37,959 bases of DNA from Patescibacteria group bacterium (GTDB taxonomy: Bacteria; Patescibacteriota; Patescibacteriia; 2-12-FULL-57-11): positions 1 to 37,959 of the forward strand of contig JBBUJK010000025.1 in NCBI GenBank assembly GCA_038054875.1, in the 5' to 3' direction. The translations under genes were made by a program, and so were the position numbers. Shown here piece by piece: positions 8,990 through 18,925 of the stretch. The notes under the pieces are model-generated. The model had not been told where the DNA came from. It made no database searches and saw only the letters and a list, made by a program, of their open reading frames with translations. The number at the start of each line of letters is the position of its first letter. Position 1 is the stretch's first letter.

Positions 8990-9973
8990 ATGCCAACCAT
9001 TCCTCCAAAACTCAAGAAAGGCGACACCATTCGCGTGGTTGCACCATCGCGCTCTTTGAGCATTGTCATGCCGGGCAACCGCGAGATTGCCTTGCGGCGG
9101 TTTGAGGCGCTTGGACTTACCGTGACCTTCAGCGCGCACGCCGAAGAGATGGATGATTTTCGGTCGTCGTCGATTGCTTCCCGCGTCGCGGATTTGCATG
9201 CGGCATTCGCGGATCCGTCGGTCGCCGCCGTGATCACGGTCATCGGCGGCTTCAACTGCAACCAGCTCCTGCCGTACTTGGATTGGGATTTGATCCGCGC
9301 CAACCCCAAGATCTTCATCGGCTATTCCGACACCACGGCGTTGCAGAATGCCATGCTCGTCAAGGCCGATCTCGTAACCTATTCTGGTCCAGCGTATTCG
9401 ACGTTCGCTCAGGAGTTGCACTTCGAATACACCTTGGAGTACTTCGTGAAGTGCCTGTTCGAGAAGGAACCGTTCACGGTCAGCGTTGCGCCGGCCTGGA
9501 CCGATGATGCTTGGTGGAGTGACCAGAAGGATCGTCATCCGATTCCGAACGAGGGGCGCTGGACGCTCGCGGCAGGGGAGGCCGAAGGCACGATCATCGG
9601 CGGCAACATCGGCACGTTCGAGCTGCTTCAGGGCACTCCCTATTTCCCGCACGTCGAAGATGCCATCCTCTTCCTTGAGGACGACGAGGAATCGCGATTT
9701 GTGGGGTTCGATCGGCTGTTCGAATCCTTGCTTCAAGTGCTCCCACCATCGAGTATCCGTGGCATTGTCTTCGGCCGCTTCCAAAAGGTGAGCGCGGTGA
9801 CGCGCAAGATGATGGAGACGCTCATTGCAACCCGCCCGCAGCTCGCGAACATCCCGATCATCGCCAACGCCGACTTCGGCCACACCAGCCCGCTTTTCAC
9901 CTTCCCGATCGGCGGACGGGCGCGCATCCAGGCGGTGCCGGGGAAGGAAACGATCGAATTGTTGGAGTACTAA
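8990..9973 (+). CDS. S66 family peptidase (LD-carboxypeptidase/MccF-like)
   Basis: PPKLKKGDTIRVVAPS, IGGFN, FIGYSDTT, LFLED, DFGHTSP; start is 8990 or 8984. Confidence 0.92.
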   Translation: MPTIPPKLKKGDTIRVVAPSRSLSIVMPGNREIALRRFEALGLTVTFSAHAEEMDDFRSSSIASRVADLHAAFADPSVAAVITVIGGFNCNQLLPYLDWDLIRANPKIFIGYSDTTALQNAMLVKADLVTYSGPAYSTFAQELHFEYTLEYFVKCLFEKEPFTVSVAPAWTDDAWWSDQKDRHPIPNEGRWTLAAGEAEGTIIGGNIGTFELLQGTPYFPHVEDAILFLEDDEESRFVGFDRLFESLLQVLPPSSIRGIVFGRFQKVSAVTRKMMETLIATRPQLANIPIIANADFGHTSPLFTFPIGGRARIQAVPGKETIELLEY

Positions 9974-9983
9974 CGGCGCGCAT

Positions 9984-10067
9984 ATGGATTCCAATCCCGT
10001 CGGCTGGTTCGAAATTCCAGTCACCGACATGGAGGGGAATCGGGTCGCGCTGCATAGTCGGATATAG
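9984..10067 (+). pseudogene. Internally deleted VOC/glyoxalase family gene (27 codons)
   Basis: MDSNPVGWFEIPVTDM (typical VOC N-terminus) joined directly to EGNRVALHS (typical VOC C-terminus). Confidence 0.75.
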
Positions 10068-10159
10068 GGTTTTTAGAAGTCCACAGCCCGAACCTTCCCA
10101 AAGACTTGCCAATACCATAGGCTTGTACTAAAGTCGTCCGTTCACTTAGGCACCTCCTT

Positions 10160-10702
10160 ATGAAGGCCCCACTGCCAAAACTGAAGGCCATCATTCTGTA
10201 TTTTTGTGAAAATACGGATGCCAAGTTTTTGGGAAAAGTGAAGCTGATGAAGCTTTTCTACTATTTGGATTTTCTTCATGTAAAGAAATACGGTTCACCG
10301 GTGACATTTGACCGGTACGTCAAGCTTGAGCATGGGCCAATCCCATCGACCATTAAGAACATGGTGGATGATGCAGGAGAGGATGTGGAGCACTCCGTTC
10401 TCGCTGATACGATTGATATCGTACGGACTGAGGGGGTTCACATGCATCGGGTTGCAGCTCGAAGAAAGATGACAGAAGAAGAGCGTAAGCTGTTTACTGA
10501 GAGTGAGATCAGAATTCTCAAAGAGGTGTGCTCCCGTTTCGGACAGAAGAACACACAGTATATCGAGGATGCATCTCATAAGGAGGCTCCTTGGAAGGAG
10601 ACTTCGATGCTTCAGGAGATTCCATATACTCTAGCAGTCAAGGATGCGGACTGTGAGACTAGTGCAGAGGAGATTGAACTCGCTCTACAGATTCTCCTAT
10701 AG
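10160..10702 (+). CDS. Panacea (DUF4065/SocA/GepA-like) antitoxin-domain protein
   Basis: KVKLMKLFYYLDF, HGPIP and SHKEAPW motifs. Confidence 0.88.
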   Translation: MKAPLPKLKAIILYFCENTDAKFLGKVKLMKLFYYLDFLHVKKYGSPVTFDRYVKLEHGPIPSTIKNMVDDAGEDVEHSVLADTIDIVRTEGVHMHRVAARRKMTEEERKLFTESEIRILKEVCSRFGQKNTQYIEDASHKEAPWKETSMLQEIPYTLAVKDADCETSAEEIELALQILL

Positions 10703-10703
10703 T

Positions 10704-11090
10704 ATGGAGCTGTTGGCACTAGGCGACGTTTTCCGTTACCAGGAGCATGAGTACGTTTACCTTGTAGGTTCAGGTGAAGTTACCTACGCAGCGAGAATTC
10801 TCGACGAGGAAACAACAAGATTATTTCTTAGGAGCGTCGAGCGTGAGAGCGCACGTGCTACCTCCGGAAGGGTATCGATTGAAGAAAAGCCCGTTTATGC
10901 CTTTGTTATGCTTGAGACACCAAGCTATCAGGGTAAAGCCGCTCACTACGGATTCCCTGACATCGACAACCGGGCGCCTGAGTTTCAAAAGTTGGGTACA
11001 CTGATCGATAAAGATATTGCTTTGCTCCGAGAGGAGATTATCAAGTCGCGGGGGGTGCCCCTTAAACTAAAAGAGTTGATAGCCGAGTAA
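10704..11090 (+). CDS. Hypothetical protein, putative toxin partner of Panacea (possibly PemK/MazF-like fold)
   Basis: ATG 1 nt after the antitoxin stop; GDVF N-terminus and LGTLxDKDIALLREEI C-terminus. Confidence 0.6.
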   Translation: MELLALGDVFRYQEHEYVYLVGSGEVTYAARILDEETTRLFLRSVERESARATSGRVSIEEKPVYAFVMLETPSYQGKAAHYGFPDIDNRAPEFQKLGTLIDKDIALLREEIIKSRGVPLKLKELIAE

Positions 11091-11095
11091 TACGA

Positions 11096-11131
11096 AGCAA
11101 TAAGCCGCCTCATGTGAGGCGGCTTATTGCT
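11096..11131. terminator. Perfect 17-bp inverted repeat, likely bidirectional terminator
   Basis: AGCAATAAGCCGCCTCA-TG-TGAGGCGGCTTATTGCT between convergent genes. Confidence 0.75.
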
Positions 11132-11190
11132 AGGTGAGAGATGTAAAGATAATTGCCAAAATGCTTACATCTATCAAGACGATGTAAAGA

Positions 11191-11763
11191 TCAGTGCAAA
11201 TACCGGAAGCAGCTCGTAAGGTGATCATTGACCATCCCCACGGCCTGCATGTGCGCGTAGACGACGGTGGGGCCGAGGAAGGAGAAGCCGCGCTTTTTGA
11301 GATCCTTGGACCAAGCCACGGCCTCGTCCGTAGTGACCGGACACTCGCCCGGCGTTTTGAAGGCGTGGCGGACGGCTTTGTCGCCGACCCAGGTCCACAT
11401 GTACGTGGAGAAGGCGCCGAACTCTTTTTGGACCTCCAGGAAGCGTTGGGCGTTGTTGACCGCTGCGACGATCTTTTGGCGGTTGCGGATGATGCCGGCG
11501 TCCGAGAGGAGGCCCTGAACAGCACGATCACTCATGCGGGCGACCTTGGCCACCTCTAAGCCGTGAAAGGCCTTGCGGAAGTTTTCGCGCTTGTGCAGCA
11601 CGGTGCGCCAGGAGAGCCCGGCCTGGAAGGTTTCAAGCACCAGGAACTCGTAGATTTTCTGGTCGTCATGCACCGGCACGCCCCACTCGGTGTCGTGGTA
11701 GGCGATCATGAGCGGGTCCTGTGCCGGCCATGGGCAGCGCTGCTTTTCGGCGGGTCGGTGCAT
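11191..11763 (-). CDS. tag: DNA-3-methyladenine glycosylase I
   Basis: RCPW, YHDTEWG, LETFQAGLSW, GIIRNRQKI, GMVNDHLTSC. Confidence 0.96.
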   Translation of the reverse strand: MHRPAEKQRCPWPAQDPLMIAYHDTEWGVPVHDDQKIYEFLVLETFQAGLSWRTVLHKRENFRKAFHGLEVAKVARMSDRAVQGLLSDAGIIRNRQKIVAAVNNAQRFLEVQKEFGAFSTYMWTWVGDKAVRHAFKTPGECPVTTDEAVAWSKDLKKRGFSFLGPTVVYAHMQAVGMVNDHLTSCFRYLH

Positions 11764-11861
11764 AGGCAGACAGGCTAACACGGGACCAGAAGGGGATCAA
11801 AAGCCCGGATTCGCAGTCTGGACAGCCTCGGGGCCGCCTGCTAAACTATCGGCACAATTTT

Positions 11862-11936
11862 GGTCCGGTAGTGAAGCGGTTATCACGGTACCCTGTCACG
11901 GTACTATCACGAGTTCGAATCTCGTCCGGACCGCCA
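11862..11936 (+). tRNA. tRNA-Asp (GTC)
   Basis: Acceptor stem GGTCCGG/CCGGACC, anticodon arm GTACC-CTGTCAC-GGTAC, GTTCGAATC T-loop, encoded CCA. Confidence 0.97.
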
Positions 11937-11938
11937 TG

Positions 11939-11969
11939 AAAAGCGTCTCACCTTGTGTGAGGCGTTTTT
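11939..11969 (+). terminator. Terminator after tRNA-Asp
   Basis: AAAAGCGTCTCAC...GTGAGGCGTTTTT hairpin. Confidence 0.75.
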
Positions 11970-12024
11970 CGTTGCGTATGGTCGGCACTTGGAGTTCGGT
12001 CTGCAATATGGTGAAATGACGTGC

Positions 12025-14982
12025 ATGGAATCCCCAATCCTCAATTCACCCTACCTTGAACCGGACCGCCATTTTGGATCGGATGATCGTGGGCTTACGG
12101 AAGAAATTGTTGAGGGCCGGCGGCCCAGCGCGCTTTATATTCCCGTTCCCCGCGCAAAGACACGCAGTCGTCAGGAAGAACAGGCTTTAGCGGATGGGGC
12201 ATACGGAAATGAGCTCCAACGCGAAAATGAGTTCGTAAACAAGATTCGTGGACGTCTACAGGCTTGGCGCTTACAGGATTACTCCGGGCTGACTAAGGTG
12301 TCCCGCGATTTGTTGTTGTATTGGAAGAATCCAGACCGAGAAAATAAGTTGTTTTTCTGCCAGATTGAAGCGCTTGAGACGCTCATGTGGATCACGGAAG
12401 TCGCTGAAAAGTCTGGTGACGCATGGGTTCTTAATGATCTCAAGCGAGTTAATGGCGATGCGAACCCCGGGCTATACCGATTGGCGTTCAAAATGGCGAC
12501 TGGTTCGGGTAAGACCGTCGTCATGGCCATGATCATAGCCTATAACACGCTCAACAAGATTCGTTATATTCAGGATACCCGTTTTACAGATGCCTTCGTC
12601 ATTATCGCTCCAGGCATCACGATTCGTGATCGTTTGAATGTTCTTCAGCCAAACGACAGAAACAATTATTACGCTCAACGCGACATTGTCTCTCATCACG
12701 ACTTCGAGCTGCTTCAACAGGCTACGGTGCACGTCATCAACTTTCACCAACTTGAACCGCGACAGAATCCGCGCTACCAAGTCGGCTCCATCATGAAGGC
12801 GACCGGTCTCATCAAGGAGGCGGCCATGAAGGAAACGCCGAATGCGATGGTGAGCCGTGTATTTAAAAGTGTCATCAACAAGTCGCGCATCCTTGTTATT
12901 AACGATGAGGCACACCACTGTTATCGGGAGCGGCCCGGGTCGCAAAAACTCTCTGGCGACGACCGCAAGGAAGCGGACGAAAATAATGAGGCTGCGCGTG
13001 TGTGGATTAGTGGTATCGAATCCCTTGTAAAGAAATTAACCGTCAACGCCGTCATCGATCTCTCTGCCACGCCATATTTCTTGCGTGGATCCGGATACGA
13101 GGAGGGAGAGCTGTTTCCGTGGGTCATTTCTGATTTTTCACTGCTCGACGCACTCGAAGCTGGCATCGTGAAGATTCCACGTCTTCCGATTGAGACGGAC
13201 ACCACAAACGCCGAGCCTGAGTTTCGTAACCTGTGGTTGCACATCAGCGATGAGTTGCCCAAAAAGGGTAAAAAGACGGGAGATTACGATTTGAATACCA
13301 TCACGCTCCCTACCAAGCTTGAGGAGGCTCTGCTTTCGCTTTACCGGAACTACGAGAAATATTACGTGCGATACGTTGAGGATAAGAAGCACAACCAGGA
13401 CGTCATGCCGCCGGTCATGATCGTGGTGTGTAATAACACGACGGTTTCCGAGTTGGTCTATCGTTGGATTGCCGGGTACGAGCGTGAGACAAGCACTCAT
13501 AACATGAAGATTGAGAAAGGCAACCTCGACATCTTTCGTAATGAGGACGGAGTGAACATGCTGCAGAAGCCGAATACGCTCGTGATCGACAGCGCACAAA
13601 TCGAGAGCGGTGAGAAAGTCAACGACGAATTCAAAGAAATTTTTAAGCGCGAGATTGAGGATTTTCGAAAGGACTATATCCACCGATTTCCCGGTCGTGA
13701 TGAACCAACCGACGAGGAGATTTTGCGAGAAGTCATGAATACCGTCGGTAAGCCGGGCAAACTTGGTGAAAGCATCAAATGTGTTGTCAGTGTTTCCATG
13801 CTTACCGAGGGGTGGGATGTAAACACCGTCACACATATTCTCGGTATCCGTGCATTTTCAACACAGCTGTTGTGCGAACAGGTCGTCGGTCGTGCGCTTC
13901 GTCGCGTTGATTACAGTGTCAACGAGGAAACCGGGCTTTTGAGTCCGGAGTACGCCGAGGTGTATGGTGTTCCGTTCAGTTTCTTGCGTACGAGCGGAGA
14001 CGCAGCTGCTCAGCCGCCAAAGGTTATCCATCGTGTTCATTCTTTGCCGGAACGATCACAATACGAAATCACATTCCCTCGGGTTGAGGGATATCGTTAC
14101 GAAATCAACGAACGTAAGCTAGCCGCCGTATTTGCGGAAGAGTCTCGCATCGTTATAGAAAACGAACCAACAGAGGTTCGGTCGCGCGGAGCCATCGGCG
14201 AGGAGGAGATCGAGTCGATGGATAAGATTAAGGAACGGCGTGAGGGCGAGGTGATTACCCGACTCGCTGAAGGTTTGCTCAAGAGTTATTACAAGGATGC
14301 AGACGGGGAGCCGAAATACTGGCTGTTCCCACAGCTGAAAAAAATCAGCGAAGAATATGTGAAGAACTGGGTTACACTTAAGGATCGGATGGTTATTGGT
14401 TACCTTTCCGTCGGCGAATATTTTACCGGCGCATTAACTAAGATTCAGCAGGCAATCGTTAAGGAGAATATTGAACAGTCCGGAGAGAAGCATGTGCTTC
14501 CGGTCTTGGCGCAATTCGACAAGCTCGGCTCTACAAACTACGTCGATTTTCTTACAACGAAACCTGTGGCGGACACGGTGAAGAGTCAGATTAACTACGT
14601 CGTGGCCGATACTGAGGAATGGGAGCAGGGCGTGGCGAAGAAGCTCGAGCACATGCCGGAAGTGATCGCGTATGTCAAGAATCAGAACCTAGGATTCACA
14701 ATTCCCTACGAGTATCGGGGCGTGGAACACGCCTATGTGCCAGATTTCATCGCGAAGCTGGCAATGTCTGACGGCAGTCAGCTCAACCTGCTTATCGAGG
14801 TCACTGGTAAGAAGGACGACAAGAAAGCGCTGAAGACGAAGACCGCGCGCGATCTGTGGGTACCGTCCGTGAATAATGTTGGTGAGTATGGACGCTGGGC
14901 ATTCCTAGAAGTCCAGGATATTCACGAGACCGAACAACTCATTCGTGCAGGCGTTGCTCGCGGATTTGATAACCTGAAGTAG
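12025..14982 (+). CDS. Type III restriction-like Res subunit (SF2 helicase plus C-terminal PD-(D/E)xK nuclease)
   Basis: KMATGSGKT, INDEAHH, LSATP, MLTEGWD, EQVVGRALRR, YVPDF...LIEVTG. Confidence 0.9.
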   Translation: MESPILNSPYLEPDRHFGSDDRGLTEEIVEGRRPSALYIPVPRAKTRSRQEEQALADGAYGNELQRENEFVNKIRGRLQAWRLQDYSGLTKVSRDLLLYWKNPDRENKLFFCQIEALETLMWITEVAEKSGDAWVLNDLKRVNGDANPGLYRLAFKMATGSGKTVVMAMIIAYNTLNKIRYIQDTRFTDAFVIIAPGITIRDRLNVLQPNDRNNYYAQRDIVSHHDFELLQQATVHVINFHQLEPRQNPRYQVGSIMKATGLIKEAAMKETPNAMVSRVFKSVINKSRILVINDEAHHCYRERPGSQKLSGDDRKEADENNEAARVWISGIESLVKKLTVNAVIDLSATPYFLRGSGYEEGELFPWVISDFSLLDALEAGIVKIPRLPIETDTTNAEPEFRNLWLHISDELPKKGKKTGDYDLNTITLPTKLEEALLSLYRNYEKYYVRYVEDKKHNQDVMPPVMIVVCNNTTVSELVYRWIAGYERETSTHNMKIEKGNLDIFRNEDGVNMLQKPNTLVIDSAQIESGEKVNDEFKEIFKREIEDFRKDYIHRFPGRDEPTDEEILREVMNTVGKPGKLGESIKCVVSVSMLTEGWDVNTVTHILGIRAFSTQLLCEQVVGRALRRVDYSVNEETGLLSPEYAEVYGVPFSFLRTSGDAAAQPPKVIHRVHSLPERSQYEITFPRVEGYRYEINERKLAAVFAEESRIVIENEPTEVRSRGAIGEEEIESMDKIKERREGEVITRLAEGLLKSYYKDADGEPKYWLFPQLKKISEEYVKNWVTLKDRMVIGYLSVGEYFTGALTKIQQAIVKENIEQSGEKHVLPVLAQFDKLGSTNYVDFLTTKPVADTVKSQINYVVADTEEWEQGVAKKLEHMPEVIAYVKNQNLGFTIPYEYRGVEHAYVPDFIAKLAMSDGSQLNLLIEVTGKKDDKKALKTKTARDLWVPSVNNVGEYGRWAFLEVQDIHETEQLIRAGVARGFDNLK

Positions 14983-14984
14983 CT

Positions 14985-17441
14985 ATGCCGCGCAAGAAAA
15001 AGATGCCACCGACTACCGAGGCTGCTTCGGTGACTTCCTACAAACATGAGGAGAAGCGTAAGCGCATTCCGACCCAGGAGGAATCGGTCATGCTTTCTGC
15101 GCGCGATCGACGACCGGTAAAGAAGACTTATCAATACGATCCGTCGCTGGACCCGCAGCTGGTTTGGTCCGGCAAGGCGGAGCGTGGTCCGGAGTTCGGT
15201 GTGAGCACGGTGCCGATCTACGTCCAGGAGAAGATCGCGCCCGAGGCGATCATCGCAAAGCTCAAAGACGAAAATGCTGGCATGGCGCAGCAGTATTCGT
15301 TATTCGGCGAAACGGCCGGGATGCAATATGACCGCATCGCTAGCTTTTACGAGCACGAGGACAACTGGCAAAACCGCATGATCCTCGGCGACTCGCTGAC
15401 AGCCATGAACAGCCTGCTTGAAAAAGAAGGGATGCGTGGCCGTGTACAGTGCGTCTATATTGATCCGCCGTACGGGATTAAATTTGGGAGCAACTGGCAG
15501 GTTTCAACGCTGAAGCGTGACGTCAAAGACAACAAAATCGACGACCTTGTCCGTCAGCCGGAACAGGTAAAGGCGTTTCGAGACACGTGGGAACTCGGGA
15601 TTCATTCCTACTTGACTTACTTGCGTGACCGTCTGATTGCCGCTCGAGAATTGCTTACCGAGAGCGGATCATGTTTCGTGCAGATCAATGATGAGAATGT
15701 TCATCTCGTGCGGACTCTGATGGACGAGGTTTTTGGCAGCGAAAATTTCATTCGGGAAATCATCTACTCCACTTCGACCGGACTGGGAGCCAACTATCTT
15801 AAGAAGGTCAATGATTTTGTTATCTGGTACGGAAAAGATACAACTCGGACTAAATACCGTCAGCTTTACCGAGAACGTCTTGATTTGGTTGGCTACACGC
15901 ACGTTTCTGAAAATGGTTCTGTCAGGCCATTGACTAACGAAGAAGCAATTCGTCCGGCATTGCTTCCATCGAACGCGAAGGTATTTCGTACGGACAATCT
16001 TTCTTCCTCTGGACTCACCCCTTCCTGCGTATTCGATTTTGAATTGAATGGTAAAACGTATTCGCCTGCTCAAAGTCGTAGTTGGAAGACGAATCTTTCT
16101 GGGATGAAACGTCTGGCGGAAAAGGGTCGTCTAGCCACCTTCGGCAACACACTTCGATATATAAAATTTCATGAAGATTTACCTGTCGTCGAACTCGATA
16201 ACGTTTGGGTTGATGCTGGTGGCGAGCAGGAAAAAAGTTACGTCGTGCAGACGAGTAGAAAAATCATCCAGCGATGTCTTTTGATGTCTACAGATCCGGG
16301 CGATCTTGTTGTTGATCCTACTTGCGGATCAGGTACGACCGCATATTTGGCCGAGCAATGGGGTCGTCGCTGGATTACAGTTGATACCTCACGTGTTGCG
16401 CTTGCGCTCGCCAGAATGCGTCTCATGACGGCAAAACTTCCTCACTATCAACTTAAGGAATCGGGTAGAATCAATGGAGGTTTTGATTACAAAACAGTGC
16501 CACATGTTACGTTGAGATCATTAGCTAATGATGAAGCTCCAGAAAGCGAGGTCCTCTACGATCAGCCTGTTGAGAATAAAGATACTGTACGTGTTTCTGG
16601 GCCATTCACGGTCGAGTCCCTTTCTCCACATCGCGTTTCTGATGAACAAGAAATGCTTTCGACCGATAATTATATCGGTACGATCGTTGAAAACATGCGG
16701 CGTGCTGGTATCCAAACTGGTCAAAAGGGAGCGCGTGTCGAGTTTGTGAACTTGGATATTTTACCGGGTGGACCTGAGCTTCAAGCCCGTGGTGAGTACC
16801 TTTCAGATGATGGATTGAAGATCGCGGCAGTCGCGATTGGTCCAGAATTCGGCAGTGTTGATGACGACTTTATCCGCGCTGCTGTTGTGAAGGCAAAACA
16901 ATTTGCTGACCTTCTTGTCATCGCTGGCACGTCGTTTGATGCGTCTGCGTTCGCTGAACCGGCACAGGTGGATGGACTCCGGATCATGAAGGTGAAGATC
17001 AACCCAGATCTCTCCATGGGGGATCTATTGAAAAAGACTGGGACCGGCAACCTGTTCATGGCATTCGGCGAACCAGATATTCGCGTGACGACGGAAAAAG
17101 AACGTGTCACGGTCGAAATCAAAGGCGTGGATGTCTACGATCCAGTAAAGGGCGAGATTCGTGCGAGCGGTTCGGGTAACCCTGAACACGACATTGCCGC
17201 ATGGTTCATTGATACGAATTATGATGGCCGCAGTTTCTTCGTCTCCCACGCATACTTCCTCGGTGCCATCTGCCCGTTCGATAAGTTGAAGAAGGCGCTG
17301 AGAGCTGAAATCGCGGAGGAAGCCTGGGATTCGCTCTGCTCGGCTGTCTCCCGTTCGTTCCCAAAGCCCACCTCTGGCAAGATCGCCGTTAAAGCGATCA
17401 ACCATTACGGCGATGAGGTGATGAAGGTGATCGAGATTTAA
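14985..17441 (+). CDS. Type III Mod-like adenine DNA methyltransferase (beta-class motif order)
   Basis: YIDPPYGI precedes DPTCGSGTT; begins 2 nt after the Res stop. Confidence 0.92.
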   Translation: MPRKKKMPPTTEAASVTSYKHEEKRKRIPTQEESVMLSARDRRPVKKTYQYDPSLDPQLVWSGKAERGPEFGVSTVPIYVQEKIAPEAIIAKLKDENAGMAQQYSLFGETAGMQYDRIASFYEHEDNWQNRMILGDSLTAMNSLLEKEGMRGRVQCVYIDPPYGIKFGSNWQVSTLKRDVKDNKIDDLVRQPEQVKAFRDTWELGIHSYLTYLRDRLIAARELLTESGSCFVQINDENVHLVRTLMDEVFGSENFIREIIYSTSTGLGANYLKKVNDFVIWYGKDTTRTKYRQLYRERLDLVGYTHVSENGSVRPLTNEEAIRPALLPSNAKVFRTDNLSSSGLTPSCVFDFELNGKTYSPAQSRSWKTNLSGMKRLAEKGRLATFGNTLRYIKFHEDLPVVELDNVWVDAGGEQEKSYVVQTSRKIIQRCLLMSTDPGDLVVDPTCGSGTTAYLAEQWGRRWITVDTSRVALALARMRLMTAKLPHYQLKESGRINGGFDYKTVPHVTLRSLANDEAPESEVLYDQPVENKDTVRVSGPFTVESLSPHRVSDEQEMLSTDNYIGTIVENMRRAGIQTGQKGARVEFVNLDILPGGPELQARGEYLSDDGLKIAAVAIGPEFGSVDDDFIRAAVVKAKQFADLLVIAGTSFDASAFAEPAQVDGLRIMKVKINPDLSMGDLLKKTGTGNLFMAFGEPDIRVTTEKERVTVEIKGVDVYDPVKGEIRASGSGNPEHDIAAWFIDTNYDGRSFFVSHAYFLGAICPFDKLKKALRAEIAEEAWDSLCSAVSRSFPKPTSGKIAVKAINHYGDEVMKVIEI

Positions 17442-17521
17442 AGGAAAACATCCACAAGATAAGCATTCCTATCTATCGAAAGGCGGTGAAAAATTCGCTA
17501 TAATGTTCATATCCGCCGTAT

Positions 17522-18925
17522 ATGGCAAAATCAAAGGAAAAACCGAACTACGGCGATTGGCCAAAACCAAAGGTAAAAGTTACCGATCTTTTTCTTGACC
17601 CCGAAAATATTCGATTGGGACTTGAGCTCAAATCCTCTCAGGAGGCGCTCATCAATGATTTGTTTTCCAATGAAAAAGCAATGCGGGTTTTGGAAAGCAT
17701 AGCATCAGACGGATTCTTTCCGGATGAGATGCCAGTCGTCATTAAGGAAGGCAAAAAGTACATCGTCATCGATGGCAATCGCAGACTTGCGGCACTTAAG
17801 GTGTTAGGGCGGCCGGAAATTGTTCCCACGAAGGAAAATGCTGTCCGTGAGTTGATTAAAACTACGGGTCCGGCATTGAAAGAAATCCAGGTTGTCGTTG
17901 CGCCTAGTCGTGATTCAGTCAGTCAATTTTTGGCAAGTAAGCATACGCAAAATACCAGACGCCCATGGCGTCCATTGCGACAGGCGTATTTTTACAAGGC
18001 ACAACTTGAGAGTGGAAAAACCGTGCAGGATTTGCGGAACGATTATCCTACCGTTGATATTGGTAAGTTTTTGCGGCTGATAAACGTTCACAAGATAGCG
18101 AAATCCATAACATACGATTCCGACCAAATCACAAAAAAGGTACATAACGAGCGCTCCTTCCCAGCGTCGACCGTCGAGAGACTTTATGAAGATAAACACG
18201 TCCGCGATTTTCTTGGCTTTGATTTCGATGGCGATGGAGATGTACAAGTAAAAATTGACAAGAAAGAATTTGAAAAGGGTTTCAAGAAAGTTGTTCAGGA
18301 CGTTGTCGAAAAAGTTGTTGATTCCCGTACCCTGAACAACGAAAAAAGCCGAAAGGACTATATCGCTAGTTTCTCGAAAGCAGACATTCCGAATAAGACG
18401 AAGGCAGGCAAGGTACTCACAAGCAAAGATTTCAAAGATGCCGTCCCGGCCGTCAAAACCAGAAAAAGGACAAAGCTCGCCCCGAAAGATATTCAATTCA
18501 CACTTCAATGCCCCGGTGTGCGGAGGATGCTTACTGAGCTACAGGGAATTGACTATAACCAATTCCCTAATGCATCACATGATCTACTTCGGAGTTTTTT
18601 GGAGTGCGCACTGAAGTCATACTTCGATCAGTGCGGCCGTCCCGTAAAGCCTACAAAAGGAAAGTACGTTTATTTGAATGACGTTCTGGTCGCATTCAAA
18701 GACGAGATGGTCGCAGAAAAAAATATTGAGTTGTCGCAGGTTACGCAGAAAATCATCACTGATACCACGATGACCTCATATTCGGCACAAGCTTTGAACG
18801 CTACCAACCATAATCCGAGTGTCTTCGCAACCGCTAAGGAAGTTGAGGATGCGTGGGATGCAATGGAGAAGTTATTCCGATACATTCTGAGCCCCAAACC
18901 GAAACCAAATGTTCAAGATAAATAA
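17522..18925 (+). CDS. ParB/Srx-like N-terminal domain protein with HEPN-like helical C-terminus
   Basis: LDPENIR and VIDGNRRLAALK (ParB-like); C-terminal LLRSFLECALK...LNATNHNP; TATAAT at 17499-17504 upstream. Confidence 0.75.
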   Translation: MAKSKEKPNYGDWPKPKVKVTDLFLDPENIRLGLELKSSQEALINDLFSNEKAMRVLESIASDGFFPDEMPVVIKEGKKYIVIDGNRRLAALKVLGRPEIVPTKENAVRELIKTTGPALKEIQVVVAPSRDSVSQFLASKHTQNTRRPWRPLRQAYFYKAQLESGKTVQDLRNDYPTVDIGKFLRLINVHKIAKSITYDSDQITKKVHNERSFPASTVERLYEDKHVRDFLGFDFDGDGDVQVKIDKKEFEKGFKKVVQDVVEKVVDSRTLNNEKSRKDYIASFSKADIPNKTKAGKVLTSKDFKDAVPAVKTRKRTKLAPKDIQFTLQCPGVRRMLTELQGIDYNQFPNASHDLLRSFLECALKSYFDQCGRPVKPTKGKYVYLNDVLVAFKDEMVAEKNIELSQVTQKIITDTTMTSYSAQALNATNHNPSVFATAKEVEDAWDAMEKLFRYILSPKPKPNVQDK

